Part shown: positions 29,001 to 38,067 of the stretch, piece after piece | How positions within the stretch are numbered: the first letter of the stretch is position 1 | Layout of the letters: the number at the start of each line of letters is the position of its first letter | From: Candidatus Woesearchaeota archaeon | GTDB lineage: Archaea > Nanobdellota > Nanobdellia > Woesearchaeales > UBA12501 | Direction: 5' to 3' | Assembly (NCBI GenBank): GCA_030651375.1 | Contig: JAUSFM010000003.1 | Span: 184,718 to 248,717, forward strand | DNA: 64,000 nucleotides | Notes under the pieces: model-generated | The model's database searches: none | What the model saw: only the letters and a program-made list of their open reading frames with translations | Told to the model about the DNA's origin: nothing | Program-made: the position numbers and the translations under genes

Positions 29001-31386
29001 GAGATGCCACTGCCGGCAAACCTTGTTGTGTAGTAATTTGTTGAGCGTATTCCGGCACACTGGAAAGTGCACTCACGACTGAATCAGGCGCGGGCTGGCC
29101 ACTCGCCGCATCAATTATTGTTCCACCGGGAATAACATAAAAGTTGGAGTTCGCAAGCCGTCGGCTTCCTGCAGGAGGAGTGTATGCCGGAGTTGGGAGC
29201 GCAACCGGCCGCGGCGGCGCAGGTTCGCGTTCTTGTGCACCAGCAGAGCCAGCAGGCAACGCGCCGCCAACCGGCGCGCCGGCAAGAGCAGGAGTTGTCT
29301 CGACGGATGCACCGCCGATTTGAGCACGTGCTTCCATAATTTGAGCGCGTTGCGCTGCAGGCAACGCCGAATTTTGCAAGAGCTGAGTAAGCATATCAGC
29401 AGGAACACCAATAAACGGATTTGCTTGAGCAGCAGGAGCAGAGGGTGGAGACGTTGCAGGAGTCGGAGCAGAAGCAAAACTATCATCTGGTTCAAAACTA
29501 ATTTCTTCTCGAGCTGCTGGCTGTTGAGCCGGCGGTGCAGGCTGTTGCGCAACAAACGCAGCATAGACTGATGACTGCTGGTTCGGATTTAAAGATTGTT
29601 TAATTGTTTCATCAAATGCAGTCGTGCAGGTCGGATTTTGGAAGCAAGGAGTATTACTAAATTGCTCGACGACATGCGTTACACAATTATTGTTTCTGCA
29701 ATTGTTCACTGCAGTGGACAAATCTTGTGCTGCTGATGTTCCCTGATCGCGCACCCGAAGTTGTTGAACAATCTGTTCCCGCTGGGTGCCACTCGGAAGG
29801 CCTTGCGGAGGACGCCAGGTATTGTGTTGCGTATCATATGTTTGAAGCTGTGGTGTGCCGGATTCATCTCTGCTAATGTAAGTCCACCCGATTTGCTCCA
29901 TATATATTGCGCCTTGCCCGGTGACTGCGGGACCAGCAGCTGGTGGTGGCGTTGGCGCGGTTGGAAGCGGAGCAGGGCGCGGCTGTTGTTGAGGAGCTTG
30001 AGCGGCAACGACAGGAACAGCAGGTACAGATTGCGAAGGTGCAGCAGTTGCTTCTTGCGCAAAGGTGACCAACTCAGGATTCGACTGGCCGAGGAATCGG
30101 GCAAACGCAGTTTTACATTCAGCGGATGCGCATTGCTCTCGTAATCCAACGACTGATCCTTTCTGACAGTTGAGATCCTGACGTGGATCACCTGCATGAC
30201 AATCAGGCAGCCAGAAGGAAGCAAATTCTTCTGCCAAGCGCTGGGCTTGTTTCTGCGGTGTCTCCGGCGCCATGGATGGTGGATGTGCGGGCGCTGCAGC
30301 TGCTGCTGATTCGGACGGAGCATACTTTGAGGGATTATCAAAGTATTTTCTGTATTCGGCGGTGCACGCATCACCCGCAAGAGTGTACTCTAAACAAAAG
30401 TGGTCTTTTCCGACAGGCGGAAACTCTTGAACAGATGGCAAAAGAGCAGGTTGCGCAGCGACTGCAGTTGAAGACGGTGCCGCGCGCGCACGGGCAAGTG
30501 CACTAGCATATTCTGGCCGCATTATAAGGGTACGTTTCCCCTCTTCATTCATTTTGGTACCATCTGGATAATACACATTTCCTTGCGCGTCAACCAAAAA
30601 TCCTAATCCCTGCATCCGCACAGTTTTGGTAACGGCAGGAGAACCTGCTGATGGTGCCGGTTGCACTGCTGACGATGGAGATGTAGCAACCGATGCAGGA
30701 GCTGCAGACGCTACGGGTGCATTCCCCGCAGTGCCGGAAGAAGTTCCACGCGCCTGCTGAACAGCTACAAGGTATTGAGCACTCGTTCCCAATGTTGTTC
30801 TCAAAACGCGCTCAAACTCAGGGGAGATTCTTTGTTTATCATACGTGTAAAAGTTTCCTTCAGTATCAACATGATACAGGATTGGTTCCCCAGTTGCAGG
30901 ACTTATTCCGTATTGTAACGGCACGAGGTTCTGTTGTGGTGTGGGAGAGGGAATAGCCGAAGCACTCGGCGCTGAAGGTTTTTTTGCTGGCGCAGCGACA
31001 GCTCGTGCCTGAGCAGCTGGTGGAGGCGCAGACGCTGCAGGTTCGGGAATATTCCATTTGCCATCTCTATAAGAATAGGTACGACTGCCATAGCGAACAA
31101 AGACACCGTTACGTGGCGCTTGATTATCGTGAAGAAAGGTATATTCATTCATCAAGTCCTGTTGGGTAACTTGGATTTGTGGTGCTGCACTTTGCCGTGC
31201 AACAAACCCAACAAACATCTGATCCCCCATCCTACTCTCCAGTTTCTGGATAGTGACGAGGGAAAACAGCATCAGCAGAATGACAACCAGTGTCACTGAT
31301 AATTTCTGGTGCGGCAGCAGACGCTGTGAGGGAATGGCTGCTGGCTCGAACTCCTCCCAATTCTGTGGTGACCTGGTTTGTTTCAT
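26032..31386 (-). CDS. Giant surface protein (1784 aa), N-terminal membrane anchor, long Pro/Ala/Gln-rich linkers with repeated Cys motifs, structured C-terminal domain
   Basis: TM LSVTLVVILLMLFSLVTI; repeated NCRNNNCV / DCRTNNNCV / NQCSTNINCM motifs; C-terminal Cys-rich globular region. Confidence 0.7.
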   Translation of the reverse strand: MKQTRSPQNWEEFEPAAIPSQRLLPHQKLSVTLVVILLMLFSLVTIQKLESRMGDQMFVGFVARQSAAPQIQVTQQDLMNEYTFLHDNQAPRNGVFVRYGSRTYSYRDGKWNIPEPAASAPPPAAQARAVAAPAKKPSAPSASAIPSPTPQQNLVPLQYGISPATGEPILYHVDTEGNFYTYDKQRISPEFERVLRTTLGTSAQYLVAVQQARGTSSGTAGNAPVASAAPASVATSPSSAVQPAPSAGSPAVTKTVRMQGLGFLVDAQGNVYYPDGTKMNEEGKRTLIMRPEYASALARARAAPSSTAVAAQPALLPSVQEFPPVGKDHFCLEYTLAGDACTAEYRKYFDNPSKYAPSESAAAAAPAHPPSMAPETPQKQAQRLAEEFASFWLPDCHAGDPRQDLNCQKGSVVGLREQCASAECKTAFARFLGQSNPELVTFAQEATAAPSQSVPAVPVVAAQAPQQQPRPAPLPTAPTPPPAAGPAVTGQGAIYMEQIGWTYISRDESGTPQLQTYDTQHNTWRPPQGLPSGTQREQIVQQLRVRDQGTSAAQDLSTAVNNCRNNNCVTHVVEQFSNTPCFQNPTCTTAFDETIKQSLNPNQQSSVYAAFVAQQPAPPAQQPAAREEISFEPDDSFASAPTPATSPPSAPAAQANPFIGVPADMLTQLLQNSALPAAQRAQIMEARAQIGGASVETTPALAGAPVGGALPAGSAGAQEREPAPPRPVALPTPAYTPPAGSRRLANSNFYVIPGGTIIDAASGQPAPDSVVSALSSVPEYAQQITTQQGLPAVASPPSAARFAVRPPNRVPPGAVPLQDSPYSIDYEGNVYDTDGKVITNDVVAGALRSNPIGQQALAQAQQQRPSINLPPGSAAGVPTEPSAEPQPPRPVTLPTPAPAVPSTPPLNDAQAATRATEISNYCRGQGIDTTTCLSQATTISDCRTNNNCVNALSRLLATSGPAPTPARSAPVPGAVAPVPSRGSPTAASTPPQSLSNADAGALAINLNTYCQQNGFSAAQCRTLAHDPTNQCSTNINCMRVVQELSNQLPAPSSGAPAAGSMPGATPAPVPVPAATERYLVGAGGFDSEEKAKTQCETDHGAGNCARQQTPGGTTSFVFGGTSPAPVPTPSTPPTPPPVAPPTPVPGPTPAPTPAAAAAEAKTLEQIFEPAVSKKGTSPGALKDFVQATYEGTLVCDKDGKCAIDVDQDTKLSATVSGNEIKLEDGTTFTKRADGGIEVRHGDVLTQFVAKDGTTSDLISMGVKEVKTDAAGNIQSVTFERPRSCKNGIILTVCSGGPAEAKYDPATKTFKLEDGTILTPSISGVVLVKNSDGSTSLMAPGPSGAPELLTTLGKETTVTEKDGVVTVLGADGKPLQTIDRTHTENLIITNLGTDGKAESSSHMGIDLNGKPARVFEEFDHEEKTSSIYCDGGVKCGFALGCDDAGVCKTTGRVVSRLGGACTIQSRAGCMVVDEKGNKVEIAEFCKTSGMSEKDCKEKIDSAGSPKLTFFDMVNLANEGVQMGNDIKNFCGLVSDKTKCDGIFGDWFGGEAFLKKLTKTDPVLAGLFTGDWEESMCWKYLDRSNAEQGQEGFLYDLDGQLKLWIAAEKAPMPVPIEEGGLHNQPGMYYRINGEISPGRLCQIDNPPPAENPTKNDIEKAFKNEFLIFTIWLRGPNGETIIDPQKDGNNDNNVFSPRCDSGGITMIGQQTIVRVLPTDYTEICIKFHNPSNLQSFVSDELDGGMFCNTIVQSSPEISSTTVPTGGTPADAQTSATAQLGQIPEIKN

Positions 31387-31425
31387 GCGTTGTCTCTTTT
31401 CTTTTTTGTCTCTTAAATGTTTTTC

Positions 31426-34400
31426 TTAATCACTCAACCCGCGCACTTCTTCCTGCGCAGCAGGCCCGGATACCGATGGTGATGCTGACTGTTGAGGAGC
31501 GCCTTGTTGAGTGAACCCGCGCGCGCCGCTGCTTCGTCGCCCGGCTGCCTCGTCAAAGCGCGGATCATTTTTGAGTTTGTTAAGGATATCTTCGCATGCA
31601 TCCGCGGGCGGATTGAACAGCCCTTTGACCGTGTCGATGATATTTCTGATGCTGTCAATAACGCGGAGCAAGTTGAATGGAAGGAAAATAAAATTACAAA
31701 CAGTACGAGTATTGCCTTCTCCAACCGGTGAGATAATAACATATTTACACGCAATAGTCATTCCAGTAGTTGCCAAAGTCATGGGATTGGTAATGAATTG
31801 TTTCATGATCGCACCGATTTGTTTTTGGATGTGCGCAAAGGGAATGAGCGCAAGGAGTTCTCCGGTTTCCACTTTGCAGGTTTCATACTGATAGACGCGG
31901 TCACAGGTGCTTTTCGGCATGCCTTGGCCGACTTGGTTGTAGAGGCAACTAATGTAGCTGCATTCAATTACTCTGCGGCGTTGGAGATTTTCAAAAATGC
32001 CAGGAATGCACATTGTAAGGTAGCTTAGGTAGAGACTGCCCCGCGGGTTTGCCCATGCAGTCCATTGCGCGGCTGTCTGTTTACGTGGGTCAAGAGAAGA
32101 TGCTTCTTTAGCTGCTTCTTTGAACGTACCACCAAGCTGATCAAGGGATGGCTGTTCGAGCCCGAATTTTTTAAATAATGCGCCGGTTGGCGTCCAGGTG
32201 CAGGTAAGAAAATCACAGGCATCTTGGGCATATGATTTTTGGATAGTATCAGTAAATTTGTTTATCGTGCCGCTGATTGAGCCGAGCGCTACCTCTGCGG
32301 GTTTGAGGATTGGAAAGGCATCAGACAAAACAACCATAACACCGTGAACACCGGCAATTGCCAGGCCAACAGAAGTCAGCCCCTGCAAGATACTGCAAAT
32401 GCTCGTCAAAAAGGTAATAACTTTGTTGACCTTCGTCACAAATGTGCCCATGAGATTGTTTTGCTCGACGTGGTCAACAATTTCATCCCACACGCCGTCG
32501 CTGATGTCCTTAACATTGCCGAGCGGAATTTCCAGAACTGCGGTTGCTTTAGTGACGCCGGATACTTTGTTGCCGTTCTTGCTCATGATGGAAAATTCGC
32601 AGGTCACGACAAACTTTGTTTTTGTTTCAGGAATTTTTCCCGGCCGCAGGTTGAAACGGAGCTTGGCAGTATTTGGTGAGCTTGTGCTGAACATGACTTT
32701 GGTTGCGTCCTGCGCAAAGAAGCCGGCGCTATAGTCTTCACCGGAACAGCTCGTCACATCAACGGCAACCGGTGCAGTGCCCGGTGGTGTTCCTGCGTCA
32801 GGATTTATCTGCACATCAAAGAACACGGCGGTGGTTGCAACCGCAGCGCCGCGGGCGTCAACAATAGGCGAGATAAGAATTGGATTGAGCGTATATTTGG
32901 AAGGCGCAAGCCCTTCAAGCACTGTTTTTCCAAGCCAGTCCTGTGGCGCAAGCTCGTGCACATGGCCCTGCGCATCGGTGTACACAAGGAATGGATCCTC
33001 GACGGTAACCGCTGTTTTGTCGCCGTGTACCAGTGCATTGCCGGCAATATCTTTGGTGCCGGTGAAGGTGGCGCGGAAATCTTTGTTCGTGCCAAGATTA
33101 AATATTTCCCAGTCGCACTGCCAGAGGTTCGGCAGGTTTTCGTTCACGCCGTATCCAGTCATGGCAACAAGCGCGCCGGTTCCGGCGTCAAATGTGGGAC
33201 CAGCAGATTCAGCAGCAGGCGTGGTTGGTTGAGCAGACGATGGAACAGGAGCAGCTGGTACTGCTGTTTGCACTGGCGCAAACGGCTGGCATTTCAGTGC
33301 GGGTTTTGGCGTGCTTGGATTTTCTGCATCAAACGGAATGACCGCAACGGCGTTGTGCGTGCCTGCATCATCGGCCATGGCGATATTTTCTTGAACAATG
33401 AGGCGGAGAATCGCGGTGCCGCCTGCAGCAAGCACCGGCGTGTTTGACGACGAGATAATTTGAGCCTTGACCAAACGGGGAGCATCGTGGTCAACCAGAA
33501 TATCAGCACTGCCGGGCTCCATTTGATTGTCAGCAAGGTCTTTGCCGCGCACCGTGACTAAAACTCGATCTGCCTGCACGCCGCTGATGGTGGTGTTGCA
33601 GAGGAACGCGCCTGCTTCCGGCTGGATGCATGCCTCGGGGTTTTTGTTGTTGATGAGTACGGTTTCTTTTGAAACACCGGCGCCGGTTTCGTCAATGACT
33701 GCAATGAGCGTGTTGCTTGCCGGCCCCAGCACGGGCACGCCGCCAAACGCGCGCGTCGCGGTTATCTCGCGCACTGCCGGCGGCACATCATCGATTTGGA
33801 AGGTGAGCGTTTTGGTTGCGTCGAGATGATTTTTCGCTGCGTCTTCCGCAGAGAGGAAAAGGTTTCGCGTTTTGTCGCCGTCAGGATTCAGCTGCGCATT
33901 GCCAACACAGTCAAAGCGGTGATCGGTTGATTGTTCATCGCGCTGTTCCGGAACGCGCTCTGCGCAGTTCAGCACCACGCTCGGTTCGCCGGCATTGAAT
34001 GAGGCAACTGATGCATTGACACGGCCAATCAAATGAGTGTGGGTGAGGATGGTTGCAACGACTTTTACCTCGACAACACGGTTTGCTACAAAGGAAAGTT
34101 CTTTGACAAGCCCGGCGTCCATTGCGGTGAAGTTTTCTATTTCAGGCGCACGATTGTCTTTGGTGATGTTCACGCAATTTTGTGCCGTGGGAGTGAGCGT
34201 GCCCTGCGCATTGACATAAGAAGAATGAATGTTGCCAAACGCATCCTGCGGCACGGCGCATATCTGGGTGGAAGCGCCATTTGGAAGCGCATCAGCGTTC
34301 AATGAAACAACGGTGTTGTTTGCTGCGCACGCACTGCCGGCGGTTGGCCGCGGCTCAACGTCCTGCGCAACCAGTTCTTGTCCATCACGAGTAAAGAGTT

Positions 34401-35040
34401 TTATTTTTGCAACGCCAACACAGCCCTGCTGGCTCGTGCCGGTGGTGTCAACCGCTGCAACCGTCAGATTAACCGTACCGCTGGAAACACCAGTTGCTGT
34501 CGGGGTTATGTGCTGAACCGTCGGACCGAGTTTGTCGACGAGAATACCGGGGAAAACAGAGTACTGGTTGCCGTTTTGCTGGGCAACGGGGCGTGCAGCG
34601 TCGCAGGATTGGGGAAAGTCTCTTCTGCCGTCAACATTGGCAAGGTTGACACACACGCTGTATCGGTCTTTGTCGTCAATTTTGTTGATGGGCAATGTTA
34701 CGCTACATTCGTACGGGTTTGTCGTGGTACATTGAGAAAAGCGCGCAGTGCCGGGTGAGTTTCTCGTCACCCCGTCAGTATCATTCATCACTTCCAAAAA
34801 GGTGGGAAGCACGGGCGAGGGAGAATCAATTTTGACGCGGATGGTGGTGGCGTCGGTTTCTTTGCGGAATGACTCTTTGCCGTCTCCTCCGCTGATGTGC
34901 ACTTCTTGGAAGGAGATTGCAAAGACATTTGCCGTGTAAAAAGGAAGCGTGAGAATAAGGACGCACATGAAGATGGCTAAGAATCGCTCGAACTGGCCGC
35001 AGCCTTTTTTCCCCGAATAGGGTTGCATGGGTGGTTTCAT
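31426..35040 (-). CDS. Giant secreted surface protein (1204 aa), hypothetical
   Basis: N-terminal signal LAIFMCVLILTLPFYTANVFA; Ig-like beta-rich body; Cys-containing C-terminal domain. Confidence 0.7.
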   Translation of the reverse strand: MKPPMQPYSGKKGCGQFERFLAIFMCVLILTLPFYTANVFAISFQEVHISGGDGKESFRKETDATTIRVKIDSPSPVLPTFLEVMNDTDGVTRNSPGTARFSQCTTTNPYECSVTLPINKIDDKDRYSVCVNLANVDGRRDFPQSCDAARPVAQQNGNQYSVFPGILVDKLGPTVQHITPTATGVSSGTVNLTVAAVDTTGTSQQGCVGVAKIKLFTRDGQELVAQDVEPRPTAGSACAANNTVVSLNADALPNGASTQICAVPQDAFGNIHSSYVNAQGTLTPTAQNCVNITKDNRAPEIENFTAMDAGLVKELSFVANRVVEVKVVATILTHTHLIGRVNASVASFNAGEPSVVLNCAERVPEQRDEQSTDHRFDCVGNAQLNPDGDKTRNLFLSAEDAAKNHLDATKTLTFQIDDVPPAVREITATRAFGGVPVLGPASNTLIAVIDETGAGVSKETVLINNKNPEACIQPEAGAFLCNTTISGVQADRVLVTVRGKDLADNQMEPGSADILVDHDAPRLVKAQIISSSNTPVLAAGGTAILRLIVQENIAMADDAGTHNAVAVIPFDAENPSTPKPALKCQPFAPVQTAVPAAPVPSSAQPTTPAAESAGPTFDAGTGALVAMTGYGVNENLPNLWQCDWEIFNLGTNKDFRATFTGTKDIAGNALVHGDKTAVTVEDPFLVYTDAQGHVHELAPQDWLGKTVLEGLAPSKYTLNPILISPIVDARGAAVATTAVFFDVQINPDAGTPPGTAPVAVDVTSCSGEDYSAGFFAQDATKVMFSTSSPNTAKLRFNLRPGKIPETKTKFVVTCEFSIMSKNGNKVSGVTKATAVLEIPLGNVKDISDGVWDEIVDHVEQNNLMGTFVTKVNKVITFLTSICSILQGLTSVGLAIAGVHGVMVVLSDAFPILKPAEVALGSISGTINKFTDTIQKSYAQDACDFLTCTWTPTGALFKKFGLEQPSLDQLGGTFKEAAKEASSLDPRKQTAAQWTAWANPRGSLYLSYLTMCIPGIFENLQRRRVIECSYISCLYNQVGQGMPKSTCDRVYQYETCKVETGELLALIPFAHIQKQIGAIMKQFITNPMTLATTGMTIACKYVIISPVGEGNTRTVCNFIFLPFNLLRVIDSIRNIIDTVKGLFNPPADACEDILNKLKNDPRFDEAAGRRSSGARGFTQQGAPQQSASPSVSGPAAQEEVRGLSD

Positions 35041-35073
35041 GGGTGTTCTTTTTTTATAGTTTATTGTAGTCCA

Positions 35074-37392
35074 TCATCGTGGTTGCAGGAGCTGGCGAAC
35101 ATTCTGATTGTTGCTGGCGTCTTTTTGCATCACATCGTACATCTGGAGGTCAGTCACCATGCGTTCACGTGCAGATCTTGACGCAGTTGCCATAATAAGG
35201 GTGGTGCCGACGACACGCGTATCAGGCACATCGCGCATGTTCAGCACGAGCGTTGATAACGTCAGCTCGTTCGGTGAAGTAAGCATCTGCGGAGTGATGT
35301 CAATGGTTGCAGTAATGACCCCTTCACTAAAGGGCGCGTTGAGTTTTGTTTCATCCATGGGTGTGGGAACAGCACAACCGATAGTTACATCTTCAACACC
35401 GATCGCTTCAAGCACGCCGCTAAACACTCCACCGGGGCCTGAAAACGTGAGTGCCTCGCCGCAACAGTCGGGACATGAGGGGATGCGCATTGATTCAAAG
35501 AGGAGCGTGCTGAACGTGACGGTATATCGTCCGGGAGCAAGTTGTACTGGCGCGCGTTGGGTGCCTGAAACTTGGGCCAACGCAGAATACGGCGCTTCTC
35601 CGTCTGCAGCCACCCGATCAAACGTGACAATTACTTTTTCCGTTTCCAGCAAATCTTTTTGTGTTCGTGAAAGTTCCCATAATGATTCTGGCTTAGTTTT
35701 CGCATTGCGCACGGCAGCAATCCTACCTTCGTTTTTGTCATAGGTGTATTTTTTGACGCGAATAGTTTTCTCGATAAGGGGCAGGAGTTTTACGTCTTTG
35801 GCCACCTGTTTGGTAAGCGAAGAAGTCAGTACCACGCTCGCGCCTAAATAGCCGGGCGCAGAAACTTTAAGATCACCAGAAGCGCGCGGAAATTTCGAGG
35901 TGAGTGTACCATCAGATTTCGATACGCCCATTGAACACGACGTACCGGAATTGAACTGTACTTCGGCGTTCGGTACGCTGCGCCCCGTCGCTGCATCAGT
36001 CACTTTAACGGTCACCGGCGCTGATGTTTTTTGATTTTCATTGCAGAGCAGTGAAAAATCATCAAAGCCATGAATCGGCGACGATGACTTGTATGCTGAA
36101 GTCAACGGCTCATTGTCCCGCACATTCGCTTCCAGCGCAAAGAGGAAATCGTAGCCCTTGTTGTTGAACGCCGTTGAATCAGTGACCTGCGTGAGAATAG
36201 GAACAGAAATATCGTAGGGTGTCTGGTACGTGCGCAGTGTTGTCGGAAGGTCGCTAAGAAGCATCTGCACAATGGAAGCGCCGGGCAGTGAAACTTCATT
36301 GGTCGGGCCAATAGAATCTCCTTTCACGACGTCAAAATAGGATTTCCAGGACGGCAGGTAGTTGAATGTAACGGCGTACCGCTTCGCGTCGCTATCCGGC
36401 CCCGACATATCAAGACTGCTAAGATATGAATACAATCCACGGCGAACCGGATCGTTCAAAATAGTTGGATCTGCCTGTTCAAACGGAATATAATTTTTTG
36501 TTCCCTTGACTGGCACTTTTTGAATTGTGTAGCTCACAATGGATTCAACCGTCGGTTTCAGCGCTGCTTCGCTCCATGTTTTTTTTGTGCCACCGTGCTG
36601 GCTTGCGGAAAATGGCGGCAGGTCGTTATCGAGGCCCGCGCGCGCAGACAGCGCAAGAATAATCACTTTTTCAAACGATTGTCCTTGAGTGATTTTCGAC
36701 GTCAACTGTTGGGCAAACGCAAGGAGTTTTCCCAAGGCAACATCGTGCGTTGCGCGAAAATTTTTCAGGTCATACACCAGATTTTGTTTGGTAACGTGCA
36801 CCGCCAAGGTTACATCCACCACCACGCTGTTCGCCGTGAGAATAGTTGATGCCTTGGGAACACCTGCGGTCGAAACAGTGAGGCCCTGCGATGCAAACGA
36901 GGAGAAATCAAGGCAGCCCTGCAGATTTTTTTCAACATAGGCATTGATTTGGTTTTGAATGTCATCCTGGCTCGGCACCTGATCCTTGAATGAAATTCTG
37001 GACGGAGCGTTATTGGGAGAAGCAAGGTGATGCCAGTAGGGAATGTACCAGTTTGTGCCAAACGTCAGCGCTTCAGAATCAGTTGGGCGTTCATTTGTCG
37101 TGTCAAACTGAAACGCGCGCGGGCTAAAGTCGGTAGACGTCGGATCAATGTAGCCTGCATGCCCGCCCAGTTCAGTGATTGCTTTTTTTGAGATGGTTTC
37201 AACACACTGGGTGATAAATGAATTCAGGGGAGCAAGCTCAAACGGCACTTCCTGCACCAGAGCAGGCGCTTCCTGCGGCGCAAAGGTTTTTTGTTCGCGG
37301 GCTGAAAACAAGAAAATTGCTGCAACAAGAAGGAGTACGCCAATAATTATGAATATGGTGACTTGTCCTCTTTTTGAATGCACGCGATCCAC
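35074..37392 (-). CDS. Large type IV pilin-like protein with class III signal peptide
   Basis: N-terminus MDRVHSKRGQVTIFIIIGVLLLVAAIFLF; homologous to 23181..25142 (FVQQCLDEQ vs FITQCVETI; PLWYF vs NWYIPYW). Confidence 0.65.
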   Translation of the reverse strand: MDRVHSKRGQVTIFIIIGVLLLVAAIFLFSAREQKTFAPQEAPALVQEVPFELAPLNSFITQCVETISKKAITELGGHAGYIDPTSTDFSPRAFQFDTTNERPTDSEALTFGTNWYIPYWHHLASPNNAPSRISFKDQVPSQDDIQNQINAYVEKNLQGCLDFSSFASQGLTVSTAGVPKASTILTANSVVVDVTLAVHVTKQNLVYDLKNFRATHDVALGKLLAFAQQLTSKITQGQSFEKVIILALSARAGLDNDLPPFSASQHGGTKKTWSEAALKPTVESIVSYTIQKVPVKGTKNYIPFEQADPTILNDPVRRGLYSYLSSLDMSGPDSDAKRYAVTFNYLPSWKSYFDVVKGDSIGPTNEVSLPGASIVQMLLSDLPTTLRTYQTPYDISVPILTQVTDSTAFNNKGYDFLFALEANVRDNEPLTSAYKSSSPIHGFDDFSLLCNENQKTSAPVTVKVTDAATGRSVPNAEVQFNSGTSCSMGVSKSDGTLTSKFPRASGDLKVSAPGYLGASVVLTSSLTKQVAKDVKLLPLIEKTIRVKKYTYDKNEGRIAAVRNAKTKPESLWELSRTQKDLLETEKVIVTFDRVAADGEAPYSALAQVSGTQRAPVQLAPGRYTVTFSTLLFESMRIPSCPDCCGEALTFSGPGGVFSGVLEAIGVEDVTIGCAVPTPMDETKLNAPFSEGVITATIDITPQMLTSPNELTLSTLVLNMRDVPDTRVVGTTLIMATASRSARERMVTDLQMYDVMQKDASNNQNVRQLLQPR

Positions 37393-37464
37393 CTATCCCC
37401 TTTTTAACAATTTTATAAATACTACACTTTTTCCTTTTTAAATGTTGTGATAATGGGAGTGTGA

Positions 37465-37974
37465 TTATTTAAAAAGTTTCAGCACCGTAATGCTGATGGC
37501 AAGCAGCAGCACCAGCAGGCAGAGCAGGATATTCACAAACAGCCGGTCGGCAACGCCGAAATGGTCCGTGTAATACGGGTTGGTGAAGTATATTTTTTTT
37601 TGGAACACGTACCAGAGCACCGTGCCGTTCATCAAAAAAGAAAAGAGGGATAGCAGTAAAAATAATTCAAACGGCACCAGCTGAAATTGGAGAAGGTAAT
37701 AATGAAGCACCAAGGAATATACGAGCACAAAGGAAAAACACACCAGCGATGCAGCCCACACCCATGGTTTGCGCGCGAAGAAACCATACAGCACGGCGAC
37801 GAGCCAAACAACCAACACGAGTTCGGCAGCAGGAAGCAGTGGAATTGCACCAAGGGTTGTTGGCGCAGCAGCCATGTAAGCAAGCGTCACAATGCCTGCG
37901 ATAATCAGCAGTGCAGTGTATTCCAACAGGCCGCGCAGGCCTGCGTGGAGCTTTTGAGGAGGAGATTTTTGCAT
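37465..37974 (-). CDS. Small polytopic membrane protein (4 TM)
   Basis: 169 aa; first gene of the minus-strand locus; AT-rich TATA-like stretch (tttataaatttt) about 30 nt upstream. Confidence 0.5.
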   Translation of the reverse strand: MQKSPPQKLHAGLRGLLEYTALLIIAGIVTLAYMAAAPTTLGAIPLLPAAELVLVVWLVAVLYGFFARKPWVWAASLVCFSFVLVYSLVLHYYLLQFQLVPFELFLLLSLFSFLMNGTVLWYVFQKKIYFTNPYYTDHFGVADRLFVNILLCLLVLLLAISITVLKLFK

Positions 37975-38067
37975 GGAGAAAAATAAGGAAAGTGTTTTTA
38001 TAAATTTTGTGTGAAAAATAAGAGAATAATAAAAGAGAGTTGAAAGATAAAAAAAGAAAAGTGAGAG

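Noticed and set aside
26194-31170. Plus-strand ORFs within the 1784-aa gene (26194..26880, 27002..27823, 28804..29082, 29233..29571, 29761..30144) and the Leu/Gln/Arg-rich minus alternative frames (27843..28538, 28539..29072, 29115..29564, 29706..30380)
   Set aside because: These are frame-shifted readings of the Pro/Ala/Gln-rich linker region, with extreme low-complexity composition, no start context and full overlap with the main frame.
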